Shown: piece by piece, positions 55,220 to 64,000 of the stretch
Layout: each line of letters opens with the position of its first letter
How positions within the stretch are numbered: the stretch's first letter is position 1
Sequence record: NZ_CP041325.1
DNA length: 64,000 bases
Source: a plasmid
Strand: one strand, 5' to 3'
The notes under the pieces: model-generated
Seen by the model: the letters and a program-made list of their open reading frames with translations, nothing else
Databases searched by the model: none
What the model was told of the DNA's origin: nothing
Position numbers and translations under genes: made by a program

Positions 55220-55355
55220 CTGAAAAGCGTTCGTAAAAGTGTCTGCAATTTCGCGAACGTTCGTAAAGTCATTTGACACGTTTACGAACGCTGTTTTAGC
55301 CGTTTAGCCCTTTTCAAAGCGTTCGTAAAAGTGTACTTTTACGAACGCTTTAAAA
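55220..55355. promoter_or_regulatory. res-like recombinase binding region: five copies of GCGTTCGTAAA(A)GT in direct and inverted orientation
   Basis: 55224 AAAGCGTTCGTAAAAGTG; 55253 GCGAACGTTCGTAAAGTC; 55278 (inverted) CACGTTTACGAACGCTG; 55316 CAAAGCGTTCGTAAAAGTG; 55336 (inverted) CTTTTACGAACGCTTT. Immediately 5' of the recombinase gene. Confidence 0.6.
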
Positions 55356-55665
55356 AGTATAGTGGCATGTATAAAAAGGGAATAAAGGAGAATTCGGCGA
55401 ATTACCTGTTTAAGGAAATAAACCAATTGTTAAAGAAGACAACTAGGGGCGAGGGGAGTGATTCGTTTTATTCGATATGAAGAGGATCAAATGTATTTAG
55501 AATTCACAGAAATAGAACCGGCTGTAAGTTTAACGGAATTTGTAAAATATCTATAAGATGAAGAAATCACAAGACGAAAGGATGCCTTGGCGATGGCTTT
55601 CAAAAAGCAAAAAACAGAAAGAAATCCAGGCAGTCTTCCGAACTTTGCTCGCCTGAAATCATGAA

Positions 55666-56094
55666 TTGAAAAATTTGCCGAAAGGATGTGATGATATGAC
55701 GATTAACGTATTTATCAGCTATGACTACACCAGCGATAAAGAGTATGCATCCTTATTAAAAGCTTGGGCTGAAAACGATGCCGAACATTTTAAGAACATT
55801 AATTTTATTGATGGTTCTAGCGATTTTTCAAGAGAATCTACTAAAGTGAACGCCTTCAAAAATTCAATTTCAAGAAGAATGAATGCGTGTGATAAAATAC
55901 TTGTTTTAGTTGGAAAAGAAACCTACAAAAGTGATTGGTGTAAATGGGAGATCAAGAAAGCTGAAGAACTTGAGCTTGATTTTGCAGCAGTTAACATTGA
56001 ACATGCAAATGCATCTCCCATCAGCTTGTACGGAAAAGGAGTAAAAAGGGCGAGAAGTTTTACTGAAGCAGCCATTGAAAGCGTCTTAACGTAA
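55666..56094 (+). CDS. TIR-domain protein (ThsB-like/DUF1863-like), ~130 aa
   Basis: 'INVFISYDYTSDKEY' βA motif and 'KSDWCKWEIKKAEE' (SxWCxxE catalytic-Glu box). Probable start at the Met of MTINVF (55696). Confidence 0.65.
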   Translation: MKNLPKGCDDMTINVFISYDYTSDKEYASLLKAWAENDAEHFKNINFIDGSSDFSRESTKVNAFKNSISRRMNACDKILVLVGKETYKSDWCKWEIKKAEELELDFAAVNIEHANASPISLYGKGVKRARSFTEAAIESVLT

Positions 56095-56260
56095 GATCAA
56101 ATCAACATGTGGATGTTTATAAGCTTTTACCTTTTCGAGGGTTTAACTTAAGCTAGGCAGTTTCTTTTGTAGTTAGAATTTTAATAGGTTTACATATCTT
56201 CACTTATAGGAAGCAGCAACCTAAATTAATCTTCAATTGGCGTTGCTACAGTTACATGTA

Positions 56261-56296
56261 AAACAGACAGCCGACTTGCTCAGGCTGTCTGTTTTT
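56261..56296 (+). terminator. Rho-independent terminator
   Basis: CAGACAGCC-N10-GGCTGTCTG followed by TTTTTG. Confidence 0.7.
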
Positions 56297-56583
56297 GTAA
56301 CTCTAGAGATAGACTTTGTGGCTCAGTTTTAATGATTACTGGACAAACTGCTTACCGATTCGCACCTATAATAATGAAGTGTATTGAAAATAATAGTTAA
56401 TTATTTAAAAATTTAATTATTTAATAGAAAAAGTTTTATTTCTTGCTATACTAAAAGCTAAAAGAAGAGATACATGGGGCAGAGAAACGGGGAGTGAGAA
56501 TGCTTTTGAAATCAAAACACTTTAAAGAAATTATTAATCTACAAGTATTTTTAATACATCCTTTTCAAGGGAGTGAAGAAGTA

Positions 56584-56718
56584 TGGAGAACTTTTTAATT
56601 CTATTTTCTCCTTACCTCATTGGCTTAGCGCTATGCTTAGGAATCAGCTCGCTTATCGCAAGTATTTTAGAAAATAAGAAAAACACTAATTCAAGTAGAA
56701 AGAGGATATCATTATAAA
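56584..56718 (+). CDS. Candidate 44-aa single-TM small protein (MENFLILFSPYLIGLALCLGISSLIASILENKKNTNSSRKRISL)
   Basis: GGGAGTGAAGAAG RBS. Hydrophobic helix plus a basic tail, which is type I toxin-like architecture. Not in the ORF track (<60 aa). Confidence 0.3.
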
Positions 56719-56831
56719 CTACCTCTTTGATAAGAAGAACCGCGGAGAGAACGGGCAAACAATCATTAACGGAAATATTGGTTGAGTTGTATATTTGTTT
56801 GTCCGACTATCGCCTTGTGCTTTTGATCCGT

Positions 56832-57239
56832 TTATTTACTCACTAACTCTTCAATGTATTCATAAGCAATTGCTTCATCTTCTGACTTGTAGAAAAACCC
56901 CTTGTACGTCATTGTATCCCTTGAATTGATGGTGAGGTCCTGGATTACTTCGCCTTTCTCGTCGAAAAAGACGGCGCGATAACTAAATGCGATATCCCCG
57001 ATTGAGGGTGCCCCTTTTTGAAAAATGGTTTTGTTCAGATTGCTGACCAGATGATTAATCTCGCTTTCTTCGGTAATCTCCAGTAATTTTATTGAGTTCT
57101 CATCTGAAACAGCTATTTTGGAAACCTTTGCTGGCTCGATGCTTACAACTTTATGAGGGGCATAGGACCACGCAAAAGCCAACAGCAATAAGAATGGAAC
57201 CGCTAGTACAACCCATTTGATCCACTTTCTTTTATTCAT
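56832..57239 (-). CDS. Membrane-anchored hypothetical protein
   Basis: N-terminal TM 'WVVLAVPFLLLLAFAW'. Confidence 0.45.
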   Translation of the reverse strand: MNKRKWIKWVVLAVPFLLLLAFAWSYAPHKVVSIEPAKVSKIAVSDENSIKLLEITEESEINHLVSNLNKTIFQKGAPSIGDIAFSYRAVFFDEKGEVIQDLTINSRDTMTYKGFFYKSEDEAIAYEYIEELVSK

Positions 57240-57371
57240 AAGAAAAACCTCCTTGACGGATAGAGAGCGCTATAAATGTCAGCTGCCGCTTCTTAATCAC
57301 TTCCTAGCATTCGAATGGAAAGTAAGGAAAAAAGTAAACATTGCCGGTTGTTCAAAGGAATCGTGCAGAAT

Positions 57372-57930
57372 TCAGCAGCTAGCTTCATATAGGTCCGTTT
57401 CGGGTTTGGGGCAATAGGTTGCTTCGCTGGGCGGAAGATTTAAAGCAGTGGTGAAACGCTGGATCGGTCCAGGCCAATCAGTTTTCCAGATTTCCGAGTA
57501 GTGGTGGTTCGTATACGCAGCGATGACGTTTCGCCAAAATTTCTGTGCAGGAAGATTGGTTTCCAACTCCGCCACTTCCCATGTTCCAGGATAGAGATCA
57601 AACAAATACCAGGCAGCCTGTTTGCCGATGCCTTCCTTCCGGTATTTTCTCAGGATGAAAAATTCGCAGATTTTGTAATAGGAGGAGGTCTGGAGCTCCG
57701 CCGAAGTGATTTCTCGTACCAAGGCGAATCCTGCCAGTTTTCCGTCCACTTTGATCAGAAATGGGAAGTGGCCAGGAACCGCCCAGTAATAGTCCAGATA
57801 CTTGTATCCATATGAGCCTTCTTAGTTTACATCTTCCGATTCGAATTCAGTGAACTCGTACTGGTACAACTCCAGCAAGTTGCGCAAAACATTCCGTTGT
57901 TCGATCGTTGGCTGCAAGATTTCTAGTTTC
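57372..57930 (-). CDS. GNAT-family N-acetyltransferase, frameshifted near 57750
   Basis: 'ICEFFILRKYRKEGIGKQAAWYLF' acetyl-CoA binding motif. N-terminus in another frame. Confidence 0.6.
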
Positions 57931-58327
57931 ATCATACGTCCTCCGTTCTAGTTATATACTCTTTTTTCTTTTTTACTACTGGTAGACTCGTTTGCCATTC
58001 CGGTTCTCAAAGAAAAATAGATACTTTTTTCTAGAAAACCTTCCCCGATGTTCGTTCAGTGAATGAAGTACGGCCAGCGGTAACGCCGGCAAAATCGCTC
58101 CCTGTATGCGAATTTTATTGTTCTCTTTTATTAAAGAAAGTTCAAGCTGGTCAGACCCAAAGAGATTCCAGTGCTTAAATATATCCCCACTATAAAGAAA
58201 GAAAGTGAAATCCAGATGAAAAAACAAGAAAAGGGGAAGAAATGCTTTATTTTCTTCCCCTTTTCTTATTTTTTTTTTACTAGTATCCCTGCTATTTTAA
58301 CTAAGAAATGCCGAAAAAGTGATCCAC

Positions 58328-58990
58328 TCAAGGCTTAAAAGCTCTGTATGCCCTCAATGTTCCGACAATCGTCGAAAACTGCCTTGTCTCTTCAATGGCC
58401 ACAAAACCGGTTTCCTTAAGCAAATCCGGGATGATGCCTTGAACATGCGGTGAAGTGGTTTCAAATCCGTCCATGAATTGGACAGGGAGAAAGGCCACGC
58501 GCATCAGCGCGTTTTGTGGCTTCTCGAAATCCAGGACATGGAATTGGCCGCCCGTTTTAAGGACCCGGCAAACTTCTTTAAACGTTTCCAGCTTCTTCTC
58601 CACAGTCAGATGATGGATGAACAGACTGGTGAAGACATGATGAAACCGGTTACTAGAAAAAGGGAGCTGTTCCGAAAAGCCTTCCACAAAGTGGATCGAT
58701 TCAGCACGGTTTTTCTTTCATCTTCTTTTTCGCAATAGCCAGGATTTCGGGATCGGCATCGAGTCCCATTACATGCACGCCGGAGTGGGATTGCTGAAGC
58801 AAAAGGGCGAGCGTTCCAGTACCACACGCCAAGTCCATTGTCAGCTCGCCCGGTTGAAGGGCCGCCTGGTTGACCAGATGTATTTTCATCTTTTTTTTCT
58901 TGCATGCCCCGTTCGATTAGCGGGTCATAAAAACGAGTCAGCCAACGGTACTTGAGTGCCGGTATATAAGCTCTTTTCGGAGTTTCCTTC
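58328..58990 (-). CDS. Class I SAM-dependent methyltransferase, frameshifted
   Basis: 'MDLACGTGTLALLL' motif I (58701..58889 frame). C-terminal portion in 58328..58687. Confidence 0.65.
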
Positions 58991-59004
58991 ATAAAAATCG
59001 TCTC

Positions 59005-59709
59005 CTATCGTAGACTGCCCTGGTCAGTAACTTCCACGATGAACGGAAAGGCGAGGACGCCTGTATCAGCGAAGTGGAACTCCGCCCATAATTTGTAAAA
59101 TCCTGCAGACGGAAATCGGACTTGAAATATGGGATGGTCTTTGGATGATGGATGCACATGGATAAATCGCTTTCCTTGCTCGTCCAGCACAACAACATGC
59201 CCCAACGCTCCCAAATACAGCAGAGGGGATTCTCCGTTCAAATCAAAAGACAGCGTAGCCGGTTCGCCGGCCGTCAATTTCGGATGCTGAAAAGTAACGG
59301 TTTTTCCTTGAATTTCTTTGGTCGGACGGTCACTTTTCACAAGCTTGCTGAAATCGTTAGCGATGCTTTCGGTTTCTTCTCCGACCATTAGCAACACTGG
59401 CTCAATGACATAAATTCCTTTGATTGGGCTGATGTCTGCAAAGAGGAAATATCGGCCAGAGGGGAGGTTTACTTTCACTTCAAAATCTCCTGAAATTGTT
59501 TCTATCGGATGAACGTGTAAAAAGGTCTCTAAGTCGGCACTGACGATTATCAAATGTAGACTCTTTTCATGATCCTTTAACAGCTCAACCGTCATGTCTT
59601 TCGCGTCGCGGACTTGAATCAGTATCCGGTCGGAGCGATAGACGGCATTCACATAGACGCTAGGTAGCTTGTAATTCATTTTATGATGCGAATGGTGTTC
59701 ATGCTTCAA
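59005..59709 (-). CDS. Hypothetical protein with a His-rich N-terminus (possible metal-binding)
   Basis: 'MKHEHHSHHKM...'. 234 aa. Confidence 0.4.
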   Translation of the reverse strand: MKHEHHSHHKMNYKLPSVYVNAVYRSDRILIQVRDAKDMTVELLKDHEKSLHLIIVSADLETFLHVHPIETISGDFEVKVNLPSGRYFLFADISPIKGIYVIEPVLLMVGEETESIANDFSKLVKSDRPTKEIQGKTVTFQHPKLTAGEPATLSFDLNGESPLLYLGALGHVVVLDEQGKRFIHVHPSSKDHPIFQVRFPSAGFYKLWAEFHFADTGVLAFPFIVEVTDQGSLR

Positions 59710-59736
59710 ATGAAACGCCTCCTCTTTTAGGTGAGT

Positions 59737-61209
59737 CTATTCGGATTCAATTACAAATTCAATTGTCTCCCGGTCGGAAATCGTCGGAAGTTGATAGGAT
59801 TGCTGGTAGTTTTCATGGCCTTTGCCGGTGATTACAACCCAATCGCCCGTCTTGCTTTCGTTGATTGCTTTTTGAATGGCGACTGTCCGATCCGGAATTA
59901 TGCTTCCCTTTTCATTACCGTAAGTCTCATTTAGTCGTTTTAAGTCGTCCACCATCTCGATTTGCGACACCGTGTTCAGGTCATCCAATGTCAAATGTAC
60001 CGGTCACTCCATTCTGCGCTTATCGACAGCATGGCGCTTCGCTTGCTAGGGTCCCGGTCCCCACGAAAGCCAAAAACATGGATAATCCGTTTGGCGCCCT
60101 GTAATTTTACGGTTTCCAAGCAGTAAGAAACGGCATCCGGTGTATGGGCATAGTCCACCACGACGGTTGAGCCATTGGTTAGTTTGGAAACTTCAAAACG
60201 TCCTTCGACCCCCCTTGAAATGTGGAACGGAATCCAAAAGCTTTTCTTTGGGAATCCCCAGAAGCCGTGAAGTTCCATACGCCATCAAGGTGTTGTACAT
60301 ATTGTGCATGCCGTTCATCGCTGAGTCCATTTGGTACGTTTCGTTCCTTTCCTCCACCAGCATCGTGGAGGTCGTTGGGGTAAAGTAGACAACGCGCAGA
60401 TCGCAGTCAGAGGACCTGCCAATCGCATACACCGATTTCCCTTCCCTTTGCAGGGTTTCCGTAAGCTTTCGCCCCCACACATTATCCGCATTCACCACAG
60501 CGGTTCCGTTCGCTTTCAACTGATGGAACATCAAAAGCTTCGTCTGGAAGTACTCCGCCATGGAGCCGTGGTAATCCAGGTGCTCCGGATGAAGATTGGT
60601 AAACAAGCTGTAATCAAATGTAATACCTGCCAAACGGTGTTGGGCCAATCCGTGAGAAGAGACCTCCATGATGATGACCTCATCGCGGCTGAGGGATAAT
60701 AGCTTGTGCAAAGCCAGCGAACTGGGCGTGGTGTTGGCGCTTTTCGTCTTCTGACCATTGATCACATTTTGGATGGTCCCGATGACAGCACAAGTCATCC
60801 CGTTGTTTTCTAGAAAATGCTGCAGCATGTAACTTGTGGTCGTTTTCCCATTGGTTCCTGTTATGCCAATCATTACTTTCTCTTTGGACGGATGCCCATA
60901 GAAATTCCTCGCCATTATGCCAAGGGCTTTGCGGCTATTCTCCACTTGAAGATAAGGGATGGATAGGCCGGTGATTTCCTGTTCTCCCACGACCACTAAA
61001 GTGCCTTTTTCAATTGCTTGTTCAATATACTGATGGCCATCACTTTTAAAGCCTGCAATGGCGACAAAGACGAATCCTGCCTCGACATCTCTGGAATTAT
61101 CGGCAATGCCTTGGATATCTAACTCTAACGTGCGGGAATTCAACCGATTAATCAAATCAATTTCCTGCAAAAGTTGCCTTATTTTCATTGATTGGGTAAC
61201 CTCTCTCAA
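59737..61209 (-). CDS. murE: UDP-N-acetylmuramoyl-tripeptide ligase MurE, two frameshifts
   Basis: 'IGITGTNGKTTT' P-loop, 'DNVWG', and a C-terminal 'VVVDYAHTPDA...ITGKGHE' spread over three frames. Confidence 0.8.
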
Positions 61210-61459
61210 ACAATTTAAATTCGATTTATTCTATAAGATGGATGTTGAGAAAGTGTGCAGAATTCAAACCAAGCACTCTCATAAGAAAAACTTAATTTTC
61301 TTGTAACACAAATGAAGTCTATCGTTTTCTAGAGGGAACAGTAGCACGGTTTGTTCATTCCAATAAAAACCCGAAATCTTATTGACAAGATTTCGGGTTA
61401 TACCGTTACTATTGGGGACATTTTGGTCTTCCTCTTCCATGTTGATTTTTTTAAAAAAA

Positions 61460-61912
61460 TTATTCCTCGTTCTCCAGCTCTTCAATCAAACTTTTCATTT
61501 TCGCAATTTCTTCGCGCTGCGTCTTGATGATTGTATCAGCCAGCTCTCTTGCTCGTGGGTCTGAAATGTTGGCTCGTTCACTTGTCAGGATGGCGATGGA
61601 ATGATGAGGGATCATTGCTTTCATCCATCCGGTATCCTCTATTAATATTTGGCTGCGGACGAGCCAAAGTGAAAGCGCAAATACTACCGCACTGCCAGCT
61701 AAAATCAACGAATTCACTTTTTTATTCTTGTACATTGGCCACATGAATAACAGCATGACAATGGCCATGACAGAGCCCATAATCAGCGCCATATAGATTC
61801 TTGTTTCACTGAGTGTAATATGTTCGAATTGAAAAACGTTTAAGAACATCAACCAATACATCAAAAAGGTCGAAGTGACAATCATGATTCCAAACTTAAC
61901 GTAACTGTTCAT
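61460..61912 (-). CDS. DUF305-family membrane protein (copper-resistance associated)
   Basis: 'MIPHHSIAILTSE...DPRARELADTIIKTQREEI'. Confidence 0.65.
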   Translation of the reverse strand: MNSYVKFGIMIVTSTFLMYWLMFLNVFQFEHITLSETRIYMALIMGSVMAIVMLLFMWPMYKNKKVNSLILAGSAVVFALSLWLVRSQILIEDTGWMKAMIPHHSIAILTSERANISDPRARELADTIIKTQREEIAKMKSLIEELENEE

Positions 61913-62201
61913 AAAATCCTCTCCTTATAGTAAAAGATTGATTTTTACAAGAATGCCTGAACGGGATCGATGCCTTTCTTATCTGTTTACCATTTAAATT
62001 CCCATATAAACTCCATAGAAAATGCATAATTTACTGTAGAAGAAAGAATTACAACGAATTTTATCGTCACTCCATGCAATTTTCGTCTGAAATATAAAGA
62101 AGCCGGCCAATCACCCTCAGATTAGCCGGCATCCTGCATATTTTCTGGTTTTGCATGATCGTCAGCACTTGGGAATCGGAGAAGCTACAGCTTAAGCTGG
62201 G

Positions 62202-62789
62202 TTATTTGGCTGATAATTCAGCTTCAGTTACCCATTTATGATTGGTGACCGGTTCGCCGCCAGTCGTCGGCGTGAAATCAACCATGTAGACAGTTGTTTC
62301 CTCGGCAGTATCAATCGTAGCTGTGGCACCGTCCATTCCTTCCATGTGATCGGCAGCGATTGTTGCTTCATCACCTGGTTTCAACGGTTGGTCTCCTGGA
62401 TTTTCAAGTTCTTCGTGGATGACCCATTTGTGGTTTTCCACCGGTTCGCCGCCATTGGTCGGAGTGTAAGTGACGGCATAAACAGTCGTATCGTAAGCTC
62501 CAACAATCGTAGCTTCCGCGCCTTTCATCCCTTCCATATGATCCGTTTCAATGATGGCTTGGCTTCCTACCTCATAGGTTGGACTTTCCGCTTCCTGTAA
62601 ATCTGCTGGTACTTCTCCTGAACCGGAATGGTCCATATTCATATGCCCCGAATCCTCGCTCATGTTTTCTTCGGTTGCATTATTCATATCCATTGATTCT
62701 TCACTCGTCTCGCTATCTGTATTGCAGGCGCTTAACGTGACGGCGACTACAAGTGACAGTATCCCCATCATCCATTTGTTTTTCGGCAT
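62202..62789 (-). CDS. YdhK-family lipoprotein (tandem DUF1541 domains)
   Basis: Lipobox 'LSAC'. Duplicated 'DHMEGM.GA.ATI...TVY.V.(Y/F)TPT.GGEPV.NHKWV' modules. Confidence 0.7.
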   Translation of the reverse strand: MPKNKWMMGILSLVVAVTLSACNTDSETSEESMDMNNATEENMSEDSGHMNMDHSGSGEVPADLQEAESPTYEVGSQAIIETDHMEGMKGAEATIVGAYDTTVYAVTYTPTNGGEPVENHKWVIHEELENPGDQPLKPGDEATIAADHMEGMDGATATIDTAEETTVYMVDFTPTTGGEPVTNHKWVTEAELSAK

Positions 62790-63029
62790 TGCGATCTCCT
62801 TCTTTCTACATTTGTCTTTAGATACTTTACCCCTTAACTTTGCATATTGTGTGCAGGAACCATGACATTTTCTTGTGCAAATGGTCTGGGCAGTGGATTA
62901 TGGCAAGTTCGTGAACCACTAAGGGAAGTTCTCTATTCTATAGAAGAAACTGCACAAAAATCGAAACTTATTTAGTAAACTGGTGGAGAAGAACATTTTC
63001 TAGAAAGAAAGAGCTGGAGGAATAGAGAA

Positions 63030-63900
63030 ATGAAGATGAAAAGAAAAGCGATCGGTGCACTGTTGGCGGTAATTATGTTGGCCGGCTGCAGCGGAGAGGA
63101 TACGGGCTCTTTGAGGCCCCGTACGATGGAGAAATGAATCATGTCCATGGAATGGGCTATGCGGGAAATGACAAAGGCTTGTATTTTGCGTCACACATTG
63201 GATTGAAAATCTACCGGGACGGTGAGTGGTTCGAAACAACGGATAATTTCCATGATTACATGGGGTTCAATGCGACAGATGACGGTTTTATTACGTCTGG
63301 CCACCCGAGCGCAGATTCTGAGTTACCCAATCCGCTTGGAATTCAGCGCAGTGTGGACGGTGGAGAAACCCTTGAAGAAATTGCGTTCCAGGGAGAGACG
63401 GATTTTCATGCCATGGCTGTCGGTTACAATAGCCATGACCTCTTTTTGATTAATCCGGCTCCCAATTCCTTGCTGGAAGCAGGCGTTTATAGAAGCACGA
63501 AAAAGGGGAGTCGTGGCAACCTGTAAAAGCTGAAGGACTGGAAGGCGAAGTGACAGGACTGGCTCTTCACCCGACAGATTCAGCTTTTGTGGCGGCGGCT
63601 ACTTCGACAGGCATTTATTTCTCGGAAGATGCAGGAGAATCGTTCCAAGCCCTTACGGCTGAAGGAGAAAGAGGGACCGCGGTGCATTTCACCGAGCAAG
63701 GGCTGTACTTCGGGAGCTTCGGGACAGCGGCGGCTTTGATGCAGTATACTGGTGAAAATGAGGCGTTGAAAAGACTGAACATACCGGCTCTTCCGGAAGA
63801 CGGCATCGCTTTTATCGCCGTAAATCCGGCGAATGACCAGGAACTGGCTTTTTTACACGCTGCGGGGCGATGCCTACTTCTCTGAAGACGGTACCCAAAG
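63030..63900 (+). CDS. Lipoprotein with BNR/Ycf48-like β-propeller repeats, frameshifted
   Basis: 'MKMKRKAIGALLAVIMLAGCSG' lipobox in frame 63030. Body in ORFs 63134..63526 and 63550..63885. Confidence 0.5.
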
Positions 63901-64000
63901 TTGGAAACCGCTGCTGCAAAACAGCAAAACCCAATAAAATACGTAAACTGGAAAGGGAAATATGTGAATTGAAACTAATGACTCACAGGAAGGGACAGCA

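Overview
Low-GC (~37%) Firmicutes sequence, probably Bacillaceae or a relative, with a mosaic, accessory-rich layout. (1) 1-23.8 kb is a conjugative-plasmid-like module: a TraG/VirD4 coupling protein, a MobA/MobL relaxase, ParA, two replication initiators (PriCT-type and RepA_N-type) with flanking iteron-like repeat blocks, TcpE-like and VirB4-like proteins, an SLT+M23 cell-wall hydrolase, a VirB6-like membrane protein, an EssB-like protein and two AbrB-family regulators. (2) 23.9-28.7 kb holds an RNPP-type regulator with a candidate 30-aa peptide gene and a divergent ABC transporter operon. (3) 28.9-44 kb is a hydantoinase/oxoprolinase-type catabolic island (HyuA/HyuB, a second hydantoinase-family protein with DUF917, an NCS1 permease, DUF1177, an M24 peptidase, a class V aminotransferase, TetR and IclR regulators, an OPT transporter). 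(4) 44.2-46.7 kb is a ~60% GC insert carrying DUF3006, a ComEC-like MBL hydrolase and a Y-family polymerase behind a LexA box. (5) A degenerate ISL3 transposase remnant at ~47.3-47.8 kb marks the start of an anti-phage defence island (48.2-56.3 kb). The island holds a PARIS-like AriA/AriB pair, a ~1030-aa SIR2 plus NACHT-like NTPase plus helical-sensor protein reconstructed from five ORF pieces, a serine recombinase with res-like repeats, and a small TIR protein. (6) 56.8-64 kb carries GNAT, a methyltransferase, murE, DUF305, a YdhK lipoprotein and other ordinary genes. More than 20 genes are broken into 2-6 overlapping ORFs. Every break I traced lies in an A or T homopolymer, so I treat most of them as probable sequencing indels rather than true pseudogenes. 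Reconstructed gene spans are given where possible.
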